Shown: positions 1 through 9,579, counted from the stretch's first letter. The stretch is 64,000 nucleotides of DNA from an uncultured Alphaproteobacteria bacterium (GCA_943787745.1 CALSNJ010000005.1:108455-172454), one strand, 5' to 3'. Translations and numbers: made by a program. The notes: generated from the sequence alone by a model not told the origin.

Positions 1-2
1 GC

Positions 3-701
3 GCTGCGGCGCACGGCGAAGCTCCGGATGCCTCCCTGACGGATATCACATTTCTACCAACGATCCCGGACCCCACCCATGTGTTCTGTGCGGGCAAGAA
101 CTACAAGGATCATGTGGAAGAGATGGGCTTCGATATGCCCGAAAATCTCTCGCTGTTCCTCAAGGCCAACAGCACGCTGTTCGGTCATCGGGGGCAGATG
201 ATCCGCCCCAAGGTGTCTGAATGCCTCGATTTTGAAGGTGAGCTTTGCGCGGTGATTGGCAAGGAAACCCGCCATGTGTCGGAGGCCGAAGCGCTGGACC
301 ATGTCGCGGGTTACACGATCATGGTCGACGGCAGTGTGCGCGACTTCCAGAAACACTCCGTCACGGCAGGTAAGAATTTTGTCGCAACAGGCCCGCTGGG
401 TCCGGTGATGACCACGGCGGATGAAATCCCTGATCCCTCGCAGCTGCATATCACCACGCGCCTGAATGGCGATGTGGTGCAGGATGCGGGTGTCGATCTT
501 CTGATTTTCGACATCCCCTACATCATTTCCTATCTGTCGAAGGTGACGACCTTGCAGCCCGGTGACATCGTGGCGACCGGCTCCCCGGAAGGGTCGGGTG
601 CGGGGCGCACGCCGCAGCTCTGGATGAAGGGCGGCGACAAGCTGAGCGTTGAGATTTCAAAGATTGGTACATTGTCCGTCGAGGTTATCGACGAGACCTG
701 A
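3..701 (+). CDS. Fumarylacetoacetate hydrolase family protein (5' truncated by window edge)
   Basis: Motifs CAGKNY, LDFEGEL, GKNF..TGPLGP, LQPGDIVATGSP; frame is open from position 3 (AAAHGEAPDASLTDITFLPTIPDP). Confidence 0.9.
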   Translation, partial: AAAHGEAPDASLTDITFLPTIPDPTHVFCAGKNYKDHVEEMGFDMPENLSLFLKANSTLFGHRGQMIRPKVSECLDFEGELCAVIGKETRHVSEAEALDHVAGYTIMVDGSVRDFQKHSVTAGKNFVATGPLGPVMTTADEIPDPSQLHITTRLNGDVVQDAGVDLLIFDIPYIISYLSKVTTLQPGDIVATGSPEGSGAGRTPQLWMKGGDKLSVEISKIGTLSVEVIDET

Positions 702-713
702 GGAGAACGAGAC

Positions 714-1616
714 ATGACGATCAAGCGGGTTGAGAAGCTGATCTATGGCATTGAGGATATGGATGCCGGCACGCGGTATTACCGGGATTGGGGTGTGGAG
801 GAGCTTGAGAGCAGTTCTGATCATGCTGTATTCCGCACGCGGGTGAACCAGACCATCGAGTTGCGGCCTTCGGACGATCCCTCGCTACCGCCAACCCCGG
901 ATCCCGCGAAATCAACCTTGCGGGCGGCTGTCTGGGGTGTCGAAACCGCGGCGGGCCTTCAGGATCTCGGGGAATCTGTCGGCCGCGATCGTGATGTGCG
1001 TGAAGACAATGGAACGCTGTGGTTTGCGGATGAAAGCGGCAACACGCTTGGCCTGACCGTTGCGCAGCCAACACAAACTGAAGTGGACATGATCCCGGTG
1101 AACGTGAACACCACCGAGCCGCGGATGAACGACTTCATCGAGCCGAAAACCCAGGCCAATCCGATCCGGATTGGCCATGTGGTCTACGCCATTGAGATGG
1201 CTGATCGTGAGAAGGCCGTGTCGTTCTATCTGGACCGCCTTCGCTTTCGCATGTCGGACAGCACCAAGACCGGCGGTGATTTCATGCGCTGTGCGGGTGG
1301 CCATGACCATCACAATCTGTTTCTGATCAGCCGCGCCAACCGCAACGCCTTCGATCACGCGTCCTTCGAGGTCGAGAATTTCGACATGGTGATGATGGGT
1401 GGAAAGTTCATGAAGGATGCCGGCTGGGAAGCCGACACCGCACCGGGCCGGCACATCCTTGGCTCCAACTATTACTGGTATTTCCGCAACCCGTGCGGCG
1501 GCAACACCGAATATTTCGCCGATATGGACCGCATGGACGACAACTGGGAGCCCCGCATCTGGGAAGAAAGCCCGGGTTTCTCGATCTGGTCCCTCGACGA
1601 CGCCTCGATGGCGTAG
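714..1616 (+). CDS. VOC-superfamily extradiol ring-cleavage dioxygenase-like protein
   Basis: Two-domain VOC pattern with IGHVV, DHHNLF, FDHASFEV, GRHILGSNYYWYF..P.G..TEY; RBS AGGAG upstream. Confidence 0.75.
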   Translation: MTIKRVEKLIYGIEDMDAGTRYYRDWGVEELESSSDHAVFRTRVNQTIELRPSDDPSLPPTPDPAKSTLRAAVWGVETAAGLQDLGESVGRDRDVREDNGTLWFADESGNTLGLTVAQPTQTEVDMIPVNVNTTEPRMNDFIEPKTQANPIRIGHVVYAIEMADREKAVSFYLDRLRFRMSDSTKTGGDFMRCAGGHDHHNLFLISRANRNAFDHASFEVENFDMVMMGGKFMKDAGWEADTAPGRHILGSNYYWYFRNPCGGNTEYFADMDRMDDNWEPRIWEESPGFSIWSLDDASMA

Positions 1617-1636
1617 CAGTTTCGAAATCGTCGTAG

Positions 1637-1704
1637 GAGATGCCCGGGTCATGCCCGGGCATGACGAATTAAGCCGTCATACGCGGACTTGATCCGCGTA
1701 TCTC
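1637..1704. repeat. CGTC-tagged palindromic REP-like element (family A), two half-units back to back
   Basis: GAGATGCCCGGGTCATGCCCGGGCATGACG followed by CGTCATACGCGGACTTGATCCGCGTATCTC; the same arms recur at 9580, 12976 and 48954. Confidence 0.85.
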
Positions 1705-1717
1705 ATGCCTGCTGCCT

Positions 1718-2851
1718 CTAGTCCGAATTCAGCACCGCCAGCATGGCGTCGAGATGGGCGGCGCCGAAGGCTTTGGTGCGTGCGGGGGACCACCCAAAGG
1801 TCGCGTCGGGGTGGTCGGCGTTGTCCTTGAACGGCATCTCGAGGGTCAGCGCCAGACAGCCAAATTCTTCGGCCACCCAGTTTGAGCAAAGCGTCATGTT
1901 GCCTTTGCCCGGTTTGGCGTCCGGATAGCCGTATTTCGTCTGAAAATCAGGGCTGGCGGCCAGCAGGGCGTCGGAGAAGATCTGCTGATGGGTCTTCTGG
2001 CGATCACTGAGCGAGGGAATGCCCATCATGCCCGCGAGGAAGTTATAGGGCAGGGCTTCATCGCCGTGCACATCCAGGCAGAAATCAGCGCCGGTCGCTT
2101 GCATGCGTTCGCGCACGAGGAAGACCTCCGGGCTGCGGTCCATGGCGGGCTCGGACCATTCCCGGTTGAGGTTGGCACCACTGGCATTGGTGCGCAGATG
2201 GCCGCGGCGCGAGCCGTCCGGGTTCATGTTTGGCACAATGATGGAAGACGACCCGCTCCCGCAGGGCCTGCGCGGTGCGATCTGCCGGGTCGAGCAGGCG
2301 GGCGAGAAAGCCCTTCCATCCACCACTCGGCCATGCTCTCGCCGGGATGCTGGCGGGCAATCGCCCAGTAAGTTCTGCTTGTCCGCGGCGGGTTCGCCGA
2401 TGCGCAGCAGGTCCATGGGCTGGCCGTCGAGGGTTTCACCCAGCACGTCGAGGGAAACACCGTCAGCCAGTTGGGATCGTGCAATCAGGTCGGCGTGGCG
2501 CTCCATGGAATAGGGGGCGAAATAGGCAAACCATGTGCTGTCGGCCGAGGGTGTGTGGCGGATGCTGAGAATGCCGTTCTCATAGGTGGTGGGCACACGC
2601 ACCCAGTTTTCACGGTCCGTTGACGCCACGGCCTGATACCCCTCCCAGCCTTTGGGATAAGCCGCGCCCTTGGCGTTGGTGATGTTCAGCGTGCAGGGCG
2701 TGTCCTTCGCGCCGGTCAGGCGGAAATGGAACCACATATAGAAGTCGGAATTGTTGTCCTTGCTGATCTCCAGCCGGATGTTGGATGGATCATCGGCGCT
2801 GGCACAGACGATATTGCCGCTGTCGAAATTGCTGCTGATGTGAAGGGGCAT
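1718..2851 (-). CDS. M14-type cytosolic zinc carboxypeptidase, with three compensating 1-bp insertions
   Basis: ISSNFDSGNI, AYFAPYS, PNMNPDG..RGHLRTN..G.NLNREW, LDVHGDE, TLEMPFKD; the Zn motif ARQHPGE lies in an alternate frame at ~2310-2370. Confidence 0.85.
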   Translation of the reverse strand: MPLHISSNFDSGNIVCASADDPSNIRLEISKDNNSDFYMWFHFRLTGAKDTPCTLNITNAKGAAYPKGWEGYQAVASTDRENWVRVPTTYENGILSIRHTPSADSTWFAYFAPYSMERHADLIARSQLADGVSLDVLGETLDGQPMDLLRIGEPAADKQNLLGDCPPASRREHGRVVDGRAFSPACSTRQIAPRRPCGSGSSSIIVPNMNPDGSRRGHLRTNASGANLNREWSEPAMDRSPEVFLVRERMQATGADFCLDVHGDEALPYNFLAGMMGIPSLSDRQKTHQQIFSDALLAASPDFQTKYGYPDAKPGKGNMTLCSNWVAEEFGCLALTLEMPFKDNADHPDATFGWSPARTKAFGAAHLDAMLAVLNSD

Positions 2852-2872
2852 CAAAAATCCTCGTAAATCCCG

Positions 2873-3922
2873 CTAGGGAATGATCCTGTCGTCGCGCAGC
2901 TTCTGGAGCTGGCGGGTGATTGTATTCTGGGTGTCCCACAGATCGGTCCAGCCGGTGCTGACGATCTTTGTCAGGCTGGACACCTGATCCATGTCGTTGG
3001 TGAGCGCCATGTCGAGATAGGCCCAGTTGACGATCTCGTGCAGTTTATAGGGTTTGAGCCCGTGTTCGCTGACCATCCGGTCCCAGAGCGCACCCTTGTC
3101 AGACATCGCGTCCGAGATTTTCACCGGCGCAGGGTCACCGGCTTCCATGTCGAAGAAGTCCGCGATCCGGGGCCAGACATGCGCCCAGCGGAACAGATCG
3201 CCATTGGTGATATTGAAGGCGTTGTTGGCCGCTGCCGGGGTGGTCGCGGTCCAGGCCATGGCGCGGGCCAGCAAATCCACATCGATCATCTGGTAAAGCC
3301 GCCCATAGAAGCCCGGATGGCCCGGCCAGTTGAGCGGGCCCCCTTCGGCTTTGGCGATGGCGGCGTAGCACGCGATCCCGGTCAGCAGGTTCATGGCGCT
3401 GCCCACCGAGAAGCCCCAGACCCCGTGGGGGCGAAGGGTCGACCAGCTCCAGTCCTTGCCGGCCTGACGCGCTTCCAGCCAGTCCTGTTGGGCGTGATAG
3501 AAATGTGCAACGGGCGGGCGCGGGTCATCTTCACGCGCGGGTGTCCGGTACTTCCCCAGAAATGTCCCGTACCATTTGGCCCCATGCATCAGCTGCACGT
3601 GTTGGAGCTCGGCCACGGGCTCCACGGCATCAAGCAGATTGGCCAGCATGCCCACATTCAGCGGGATCTCCGCCGCGATATCCGGGTTCGGGGCGTAAGC
3701 GGTGAAGAAGATATGGGTGACGTCGGTCAGCCCGGCGAGAGTCCGGGCAGTCGCCTCCCGGTCCTGCAGGTCGACCGCGATGAATTTTGCGGTTGTGTCA
3801 AAGTCCGGTGCACGCCGGGACAGGCCGATGACGGTCCAGTCCGGATCGCTCTCCAGATGCTGGACCAGCGCACGACCGGTCACACCGAGCGCACCGGCAA
3901 TCAGGGCACATTTGCGAGACAT
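2873..3922 (-). CDS. PRISE-like (progesterone 5-beta-reductase/VEP1-type) atypical SDR
   Basis: GALGVTG Rossmann motif, GLSRR, HGAKWYG, FYHAQQD, N.AFNITNGDLFRW. Confidence 0.8.
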   Translation of the reverse strand: MSRKCALIAGALGVTGRALVQHLESDPDWTVIGLSRRAPDFDTTAKFIAVDLQDREATARTLAGLTDVTHIFFTAYAPNPDIAAEIPLNVGMLANLLDAVEPVAELQHVQLMHGAKWYGTFLGKYRTPAREDDPRPPVAHFYHAQQDWLEARQAGKDWSWSTLRPHGVWGFSVGSAMNLLTGIACYAAIAKAEGGPLNWPGHPGFYGRLYQMIDVDLLARAMAWTATTPAAANNAFNITNGDLFRWAHVWPRIADFFDMEAGDPAPVKISDAMSDKGALWDRMVSEHGLKPYKLHEIVNWAYLDMALTNDMDQVSSLTKIVSTGWTDLWDTQNTITRQLQKLRDDRIIP

Positions 3923-4013
3923 GGGGTTGGGAGCCTTCCTGAAACAAGAACCCACAGACTAACGTCAATCGCACGTCAGGTCCGCAGGAGAATGCCGTAT
4001 TTGGATATTTACA

Positions 4014-4023
4014 TGATATATCA
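4014..4023. promoter_or_regulatory. Putative GntR operator palindrome TGATATATCA in divergent promoter
   Basis: Perfect 10-bp palindrome in an AT-rich spacer immediately upstream of a GntR gene. Confidence 0.5.
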
Positions 4024-4065
4024 GATATGTTTTAGTTATATGGAACATTCGAAAAGGTGGCATTT

Positions 4066-4725
4066 ATGGGCAGAAATCCGGGAATCAGTCTCACCGAACA
4101 GGCCTATGGGCGAATCGAAGAGTTGATCGTAACCCTGCAAATTCCGCCGGGGCAGGCGATCTCCGAGAGTGAGCTTTGCGAGTTGTCGGGCTTTGGGCGC
4201 ACGCCCGTCCGCGAAGCGATCCAGCGGCTGTCCCAGCAGCACCTGATCAATATCCTGCCGCGCCGGGGCATGATCGTCACCGACATCAATGTGGAAACCC
4301 AGCTCTCTTTGCTGGAGCTGCGCCGCGAACTCGAACGCATGATGGTGCGCGCCGCCGCCCGCCGCCGGACATCCGAAGAACAGTTCCAGTTCGGCGAAAT
4401 GGCCAGCGCCATGGAGCGGGCCGCCGAAGCCGATGATGAAGAGGCCTTTCTGGCGCTCGACAAGGCCTTCAATGAACTTGTCGGGCAGGCCTGTCGCAAT
4501 CCCTTTGCCGAAAGTGCCATGGAACAGTGGAATCCGCTGTCGCGGCGCTTCTGGTTCCAGCATCACCGGCAGGTGGGGGATTTGCCCCGGATGGCCGCGC
4601 TCCACGCCGATATTGCCTGGGCGATCGGGGCGGGTGATCCCGACGAGGCTGGCCGCGCGTCCGACGTGCTGCTGAGCTACCTCACGAACTTCACGCGCGC
4701 TGCACTCGATGCGGGCCGCGACTAA
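4066..4725 (+). CDS. GntR family transcriptional regulator (FCD domain)
   Basis: wHTH PG..ISESEL....GRTPVREA; FCD-type C-terminal domain. Confidence 0.9.
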   Translation: MGRNPGISLTEQAYGRIEELIVTLQIPPGQAISESELCELSGFGRTPVREAIQRLSQQHLINILPRRGMIVTDINVETQLSLLELRRELERMMVRAAARRRTSEEQFQFGEMASAMERAAEADDEEAFLALDKAFNELVGQACRNPFAESAMEQWNPLSRRFWFQHHRQVGDLPRMAALHADIAWAIGAGDPDEAGRASDVLLSYLTNFTRAALDAGRD

Positions 4726-4782
4726 ACCAACAGAACATACAAAACAGATGGCGCCCGTGCGGTGCCGGGAAGAACGGAGTGG

Positions 4783-6393
4783 ATGATGGCTGACAAGACA
4801 TTGAAGTATTGGGGCTGGGGCTATGCCGAAGACGGCCTGAGCGCGGCGGATACCAAATCCCTGCTGGCGACGTTTGCCGACGGCTTCGGGATCAACCCAT
4901 CCCGGGACCGCGCCTTTCCGACCATGGATGCGATCACCCTGCCGACCCCCAAAGTCGAGGCCCCGGCGAACCTCGCGAAGATCAGCACCACCGACAAGCA
5001 CGACCGGGTGGTCCATTCCTTCGGCCAGTCCCAGCCGGACTCGCTCCGCATCTACAACAGCGACTTCGACCATGTGGTCGATGTGGTCGCCTATCCCGAG
5101 AGCAACGAAGATATCGCGGCCATTTATGACTGGGCGGGCGATGCCAACGCCGCTGTCATTCCCTTTGGCGGTGGTTCTTCGGTCGTGGGCGGCGTCACCA
5201 GTGATGTGGGCAGCAAGTACAACGGCACGATCTCGGTCGATATGACCCGCATGAACAAGGTGCTCGAGGTCGATGCGGTTTCCCGTGCGGCCCGCATTCA
5301 GGGCGGTGCCCGTGGGCCCGAGCTCGAGGCCCAGCTCAAGCCCCATGGTCTGACCCTGCGCCATTTCCCCCAAAGCTTTGAGCATTCCACCTTCGGCGGC
5401 TGGATCGCCACGCGGTCCGGTGGTCATTTCGCCACGCTTTACACCCATATCGATGATCTGGTGGAAAGCACCACCACGGTCACCCCGGTCGGCGATATCG
5501 TGTCCCGCCGCCTGCCGGGTTCGGGCGCCGGCCCCAGCCCCGACCGCTTCATCGCCATGGGCAGCGAAGGATCACTGGGCATCATCACCGAAGGCTGGGC
5601 GCGCCTGCAGGGCCGCCCGACCTTCAAGGCTACGGCGGGTTTCCGGTTTGCCGATTTCTTCGATGCCGCCCGCGCCGTGCGCGCGGTCTCGCAAGCCGGG
5701 CTCTACCCGGCCAATGTGCGCATCGTCGACGGCACCGAGCTGAAGGTGAACGGTGCGGGCGACGGCTCCTTCACCCTGATGGTGGTCTCGTTTGAGAGTG
5801 CCGATCACCCGGTCGAGCCATGGATGGCGCGGGCCGAGGAATGCTGCCTGGACGCCGGCGGCGTGGTCGATGTCGACTGGCGCGACAACCCCCAAGCCCA
5901 TCTGCAGGGCGCGGTCGGTGCCTGGCGCACCGCCTTCATCCGCATGCCTTACAACCGGGAGCAGCTGACCCCGCGCGGCATCATCTCCGACACCTTTGAG
6001 ACGGCAACCACCTGGGACGCGTTCGAGACTTTCTACCACGCCATCAAGGACGCCACCCAAACCGCGATCCGCGACGTAACCGGCCATGACGGCGCGGTCT
6101 CCTGCCGCTTCTCCCACGCCTACCCGGATGGCCCCGCGCCCTATTTCGCCTTCCACGCGCCCGGCAATGCGGATGGCAAGGCCATGCTCGAACAATGGCA
6201 GGAAATCAAAACCCGCTGCTCAGACGCGCTGATCGCCAATGGCGGCACCATCACCCATCACCACGCCGTCGGCCGCGACCACCAGAAATGGTACGAGCAG
6301 CAGCGCCCGGCGCTGTTCGGGGATATCCTGAGCGATGCGAAGAAGCGGCTGGACCCCAAGGGTGTGCTCAATCCCGGGGTGATTGTGGGGTAG
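4783..6393 (+). CDS. FAD-binding oxidoreductase, alkyl-DHAP synthase (AgpS)-like
   Basis: YWGWG start, PFGGGSSVVGG, HFPQSFEHST.GGWIATR, GSEG.LGIIT, HAYPDG, ITHHHAVG, DPKGVLNPG. Confidence 0.8.
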   Translation: MMADKTLKYWGWGYAEDGLSAADTKSLLATFADGFGINPSRDRAFPTMDAITLPTPKVEAPANLAKISTTDKHDRVVHSFGQSQPDSLRIYNSDFDHVVDVVAYPESNEDIAAIYDWAGDANAAVIPFGGGSSVVGGVTSDVGSKYNGTISVDMTRMNKVLEVDAVSRAARIQGGARGPELEAQLKPHGLTLRHFPQSFEHSTFGGWIATRSGGHFATLYTHIDDLVESTTTVTPVGDIVSRRLPGSGAGPSPDRFIAMGSEGSLGIITEGWARLQGRPTFKATAGFRFADFFDAARAVRAVSQAGLYPANVRIVDGTELKVNGAGDGSFTLMVVSFESADHPVEPWMARAEECCLDAGGVVDVDWRDNPQAHLQGAVGAWRTAFIRMPYNREQLTPRGIISDTFETATTWDAFETFYHAIKDATQTAIRDVTGHDGAVSCRFSHAYPDGPAPYFAFHAPGNADGKAMLEQWQEIKTRCSDALIANGGTITHHHAVGRDHQKWYEQQRPALFGDILSDAKKRLDPKGVLNPGVIVG

Positions 6394-6443
6394 GGGAGCT
6401 CTGCGTAAATTGGGCACCGGGCGGGTTTGAAACCCGCCCCGAC
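6390..6443. repeat. GTAG-type REP (family B), degenerate left arm overlapping the upstream stop codon
   Basis: GTAGGGG...GGGCGGGTTTGAAACCCGCCCCGAC; the right arm matches copies at 10655 and 39844. Confidence 0.7.
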
Positions 6444-6496
6444 GGCTTTATGTTCGTTTCCAACAAGAACGTCATTCTTTGCTCTGGAAACGCCCC

Positions 6497-7822
6497 ATGC
6501 CCAAACCCATCCATCTGAACCTCTTCATCCAGTCCCGCGGTCATCATGAGACGGCCTGGGACCACCCGGGGGCCGATCCGCGCTCGCTGATGGACATTTC
6601 CTACTATGTCGATCTGGCGCAGCAGGCCGAGGCGGCGCGGTTTGATTCGATCTTCTTTGCCGATGTTCTGATGATGACCAATGACGCCATGGAATCCGGC
6701 CGCTTCTGGCCCGACCCGGTGATCATGCTGGCTGCGCTGGCGATGAAGACCGAACATATCGGCCTGATCGCGACGGGCTCTTGCACCTATTCCGAGCCCT
6801 ACAATCTGGCCCGCCAGTTCGCCTCCATCGACCATCTCTCCAACGGGCGCGCGGGCTGGAACATCGTCACCACCTGGGTCGAGGCGGTCGCGGCCAATTA
6901 CGGGCGCGAACACACCGCCCATGGGGACCGCTACGAGATGGGCGAGGAGTTCGTCGCCTCGGTGAAGGATCTGTGGGACAGCTGGGCCGATGATGCGCTG
7001 GTTGATGACCGCTCGGGTGGCGGGGTCTGTGGCAATCTCGACCGCATCACGCCGATCGATTTCAAGGGTGAGTATTATCAGGTCAAGGGGCCGTTGAATG
7101 TGCCGCGTTCACCCCAGGGCCGCCCGGTGCTGGTGCAGGCCGGGGCATCCGACCGCGGACGGGACTTTGCTGCGCTCCACGCCGAGGCGATCTTCACCGC
7201 CCATCTGGAGAAGGAAACCGCCCAGGAATTCTACAAAGACATCAAGAAGCGCGCGGCAGATTTCGGGCGCAACGCCGATCAGGTCGTCGTGCTGCCCGGG
7301 CTCAACCCGGTGATCGGCGGCACCGAGGAAGAAGCCAAGGCGAACCTGCTGGAGCTGAATTCACGGATGGACCCGGAGGTTGGCCGCCGCACCCTGTCCC
7401 AGCGCTTTGCCGGCCATGATTTCTCCCATATCGATCTCGACCAGCCGCTCAAGGTTTCGGACTTCCCCGACCCCGAAAAGCTGGAAACCATGAAAAGCCG
7501 CGCCGCGCTGATCGTGCGGATCGTCGGCAATGAAGGCCTCACCCTGCGTGAGCTGCTCGCGCGGTTTGCGGGTGGGCGCGGTCACTACACCACGGCGGGT
7601 ACGCCGGAACAGATCGCCGATCTGATCGAGGACTGGTGCACCGATGGCGCGGCGGATGGCTTCAACTACATGCCGCCGGTAATCCCCGCTTTGATGACCC
7701 CCTTCATTGACGAGGTGATCCCGCTGCTCCAGAAGCGCGGGCTTTTCCGTACCGAATATGAAGGCGCGACCCTGCGCGAAAATCTCGGCCTCGACCGCCC
7801 GAAAAGCCGGTTTTTCGATTAG
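6497..7822 (+). CDS. NtaA/SnaA/DmoA family FMN-dependent monooxygenase
   Basis: FDSIFFAD, HIGLIAT, EPYNLARQFASIDHLSNGRAGWNIVT, SPQGRPVLVQAGAS, LQKRGLFR.EY.G.TLRENLGL. Confidence 0.92.
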   Translation: MPKPIHLNLFIQSRGHHETAWDHPGADPRSLMDISYYVDLAQQAEAARFDSIFFADVLMMTNDAMESGRFWPDPVIMLAALAMKTEHIGLIATGSCTYSEPYNLARQFASIDHLSNGRAGWNIVTTWVEAVAANYGREHTAHGDRYEMGEEFVASVKDLWDSWADDALVDDRSGGGVCGNLDRITPIDFKGEYYQVKGPLNVPRSPQGRPVLVQAGASDRGRDFAALHAEAIFTAHLEKETAQEFYKDIKKRAADFGRNADQVVVLPGLNPVIGGTEEEAKANLLELNSRMDPEVGRRTLSQRFAGHDFSHIDLDQPLKVSDFPDPEKLETMKSRAALIVRIVGNEGLTLRELLARFAGGRGHYTTAGTPEQIADLIEDWCTDGAADGFNYMPPVIPALMTPFIDEVIPLLQKRGLFRTEYEGATLRENLGLDRPKSRFFD

Positions 7823-7830
7823 GGAAATAA

Positions 7831-7856
7831 CCCTCTCCTCCCAGGATGAGAGGGGG
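7831..7856. repeat. CCCTCTCC-type hairpin (family D half element)
   Basis: CCCTCTCCTCCCAGGATGAGAGGGGG resembles the right arm of the 11844-11953 element. Confidence 0.6.
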
Positions 7857-7867
7857 ATCTTTAATTT

Positions 7868-7968
7868 CGTCATGCCCGGACCTGATCCGGGTATCCACGT
7901 CTCTCAACCACTCGGTGGTCGGGCGTGACACGCTGACGCGGATGGCCGGATCAAGTCCGGCCATGACG
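7868..7968. repeat. CGTC-tagged REP dimer (family A)
   Basis: CGTCATGCCCGGACCTGATCCGGGTATCC...GGATGGCCGGATCAAGTCCGGCCATGACG inverted arms. Confidence 0.9.
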
Positions 7969-8067
7969 GCGGAGGTGGGCGAGATAAGGCGGCGGAATTG
8001 TCCGTGCCGCCGCGCCGTCCTATGCTCGTGTTCAACCAGCACGAAGATTTAAACCGGGGACGGGACC

Positions 8068-9519
8068 ATGGAACTCTCAGACAGCTCACTCTTTCGCCAG
8101 CAGGCCTATATCAACGGCGCGTGGTGCGATGCGGACGGCGGCGCGACCCTTGAAGTGACCAATCCGGCCGACGGGTCGGTGATCGGCACGGTGCCGAATA
8201 TGGGTGCCAGCGAAACCCGGCGTGCCATCGAGGCCGCCGAGACCGCCCAGAAAGAATGGCGCAAATTTACCGGCAAGGAACGCGCGGCGATCCTGCGCCA
8301 GTGGCACGATCTGATGCTGGCCAATCAGGAAGACCTGGCGATCCTGATGACCACGGAGCAGGGCAAGCCTATCGCTGAATCCCGGGGGGAGGTCGCCTAT
8401 GGCGCCTCCTTCATCGAGTGGTTCGCCGAAGAGGGCAAGCGCATCTATGGGGACACCATTCCCGCCCATGCCCGCAACGCGCGGATCGTGGTGATAAAGG
8501 AACCGGTCGGCGTCACGGCGGCGATCACCCCATGGAATTTCCCCAATGCGATGATCACCCGCAAGGTCGGCCCGGCGCTGGCCGCGGGCTGCGCCATGGT
8601 GATCAAACCGGCGGAATCCACGCCTTATTCGGCGCTCGCCCTGTGTGAGCTGGCCGAACGGGCGGGCATTCCCGCCGGGCTGATCTCCATTGTGACGGGC
8701 GAACCCGAAGCCATCGGCGATGAGCTCACCGGCAACCCCATTGTGCGGAAGCTGTCCTTCACCGGCTCCACCCGAGTCGGCAAGATGCTGATGGCCAAAT
8801 GTGCGGGCACGGTCAAAAAAGTCTCCCTGGAACTGGGCGGTAACGCGCCCTTCCTCGTGTTTGACGATGCCGATCTGGATGCCGCTGTCGAAGGCGCCAT
8901 GGCGTCCAAATATCGCAACACCGGTCAGACCTGCGTCTGCGCCAATCGTATTCTGGTCCAGGATGGTGTCTATGACGCCTTCACCGAGAAGCTCGGTGCT
9001 GCGGTGAAGAAACTCGCCGTGGGCAACGGTATGGGCGACGTCCAGCAAGGCCCTCTGATCAATATGGCGGCGGTCGAAAAGGTCGAACGGCACATCGCGG
9101 ATGCTGTCGCCAAAGGTGCAAAAATCGTGGTCGGTGGCGAACGCCATGATCTCGGCGGCACCTTCTTCCAGCCCACGGTGCTGGTGGATGTCACGACCAG
9201 CATGGATGTCAGCCGGGAAGAAACCTTCGGCCCCGTCGCGCCGCTCTATCGCTTCGGCAGCGACGAAGAGGGCATCGCCATGGCCAACGACACCGAGTTC
9301 GGTCTGGCGGCGTATTTCTATGCGGGCGGTCTGAACCGGGTTTGGAAGGTGTCCGAGGGTCTGGAGTCCGGCATCGTTGGCGTGAACACCGGCCTCATCT
9401 CCACCGAGGTCGCACCCTTCGGCGGCTACAAGGAATCCGGGCTGGGCCGCGAAGGCTCCCATTTCGGCATGGATGAATATCTGGAGATCAAATATGTCTG
9501 CATGGGCGGGGTGGCTTAG
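8068..9519 (+). CDS. gabD: NAD(P)-dependent succinate-semialdehyde dehydrogenase
   Basis: ITPWNFPNAMITRK, FTGST, LELGGNAPF, RNTGQTCVCANR, EETFGP, PFGG.KESGLGREGS. Confidence 0.93.
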   Translation: MELSDSSLFRQQAYINGAWCDADGGATLEVTNPADGSVIGTVPNMGASETRRAIEAAETAQKEWRKFTGKERAAILRQWHDLMLANQEDLAILMTTEQGKPIAESRGEVAYGASFIEWFAEEGKRIYGDTIPAHARNARIVVIKEPVGVTAAITPWNFPNAMITRKVGPALAAGCAMVIKPAESTPYSALALCELAERAGIPAGLISIVTGEPEAIGDELTGNPIVRKLSFTGSTRVGKMLMAKCAGTVKKVSLELGGNAPFLVFDDADLDAAVEGAMASKYRNTGQTCVCANRILVQDGVYDAFTEKLGAAVKKLAVGNGMGDVQQGPLINMAAVEKVERHIADAVAKGAKIVVGGERHDLGGTFFQPTVLVDVTTSMDVSREETFGPVAPLYRFGSDEEGIAMANDTEFGLAAYFYAGGLNRVWKVSEGLESGIVGVNTGLISTEVAPFGGYKESGLGREGSHFGMDEYLEIKYVCMGGVA

Positions 9520-9579
9520 GGGCAGGTTTTTGCTGCGCCAAGCCCGCAGTAAGTGAGGCCATGCCGAATTTTGTAACTT

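Noticed and set aside
4036..5448. Long antisense ORFs (also 8086-9585, 18835-20301, 28503-29798, 51264-52676, 58573-59688)
   Set aside because: Shadow frames opposite well-supported genes; expected in GC-rich DNA and no recognisable motifs.
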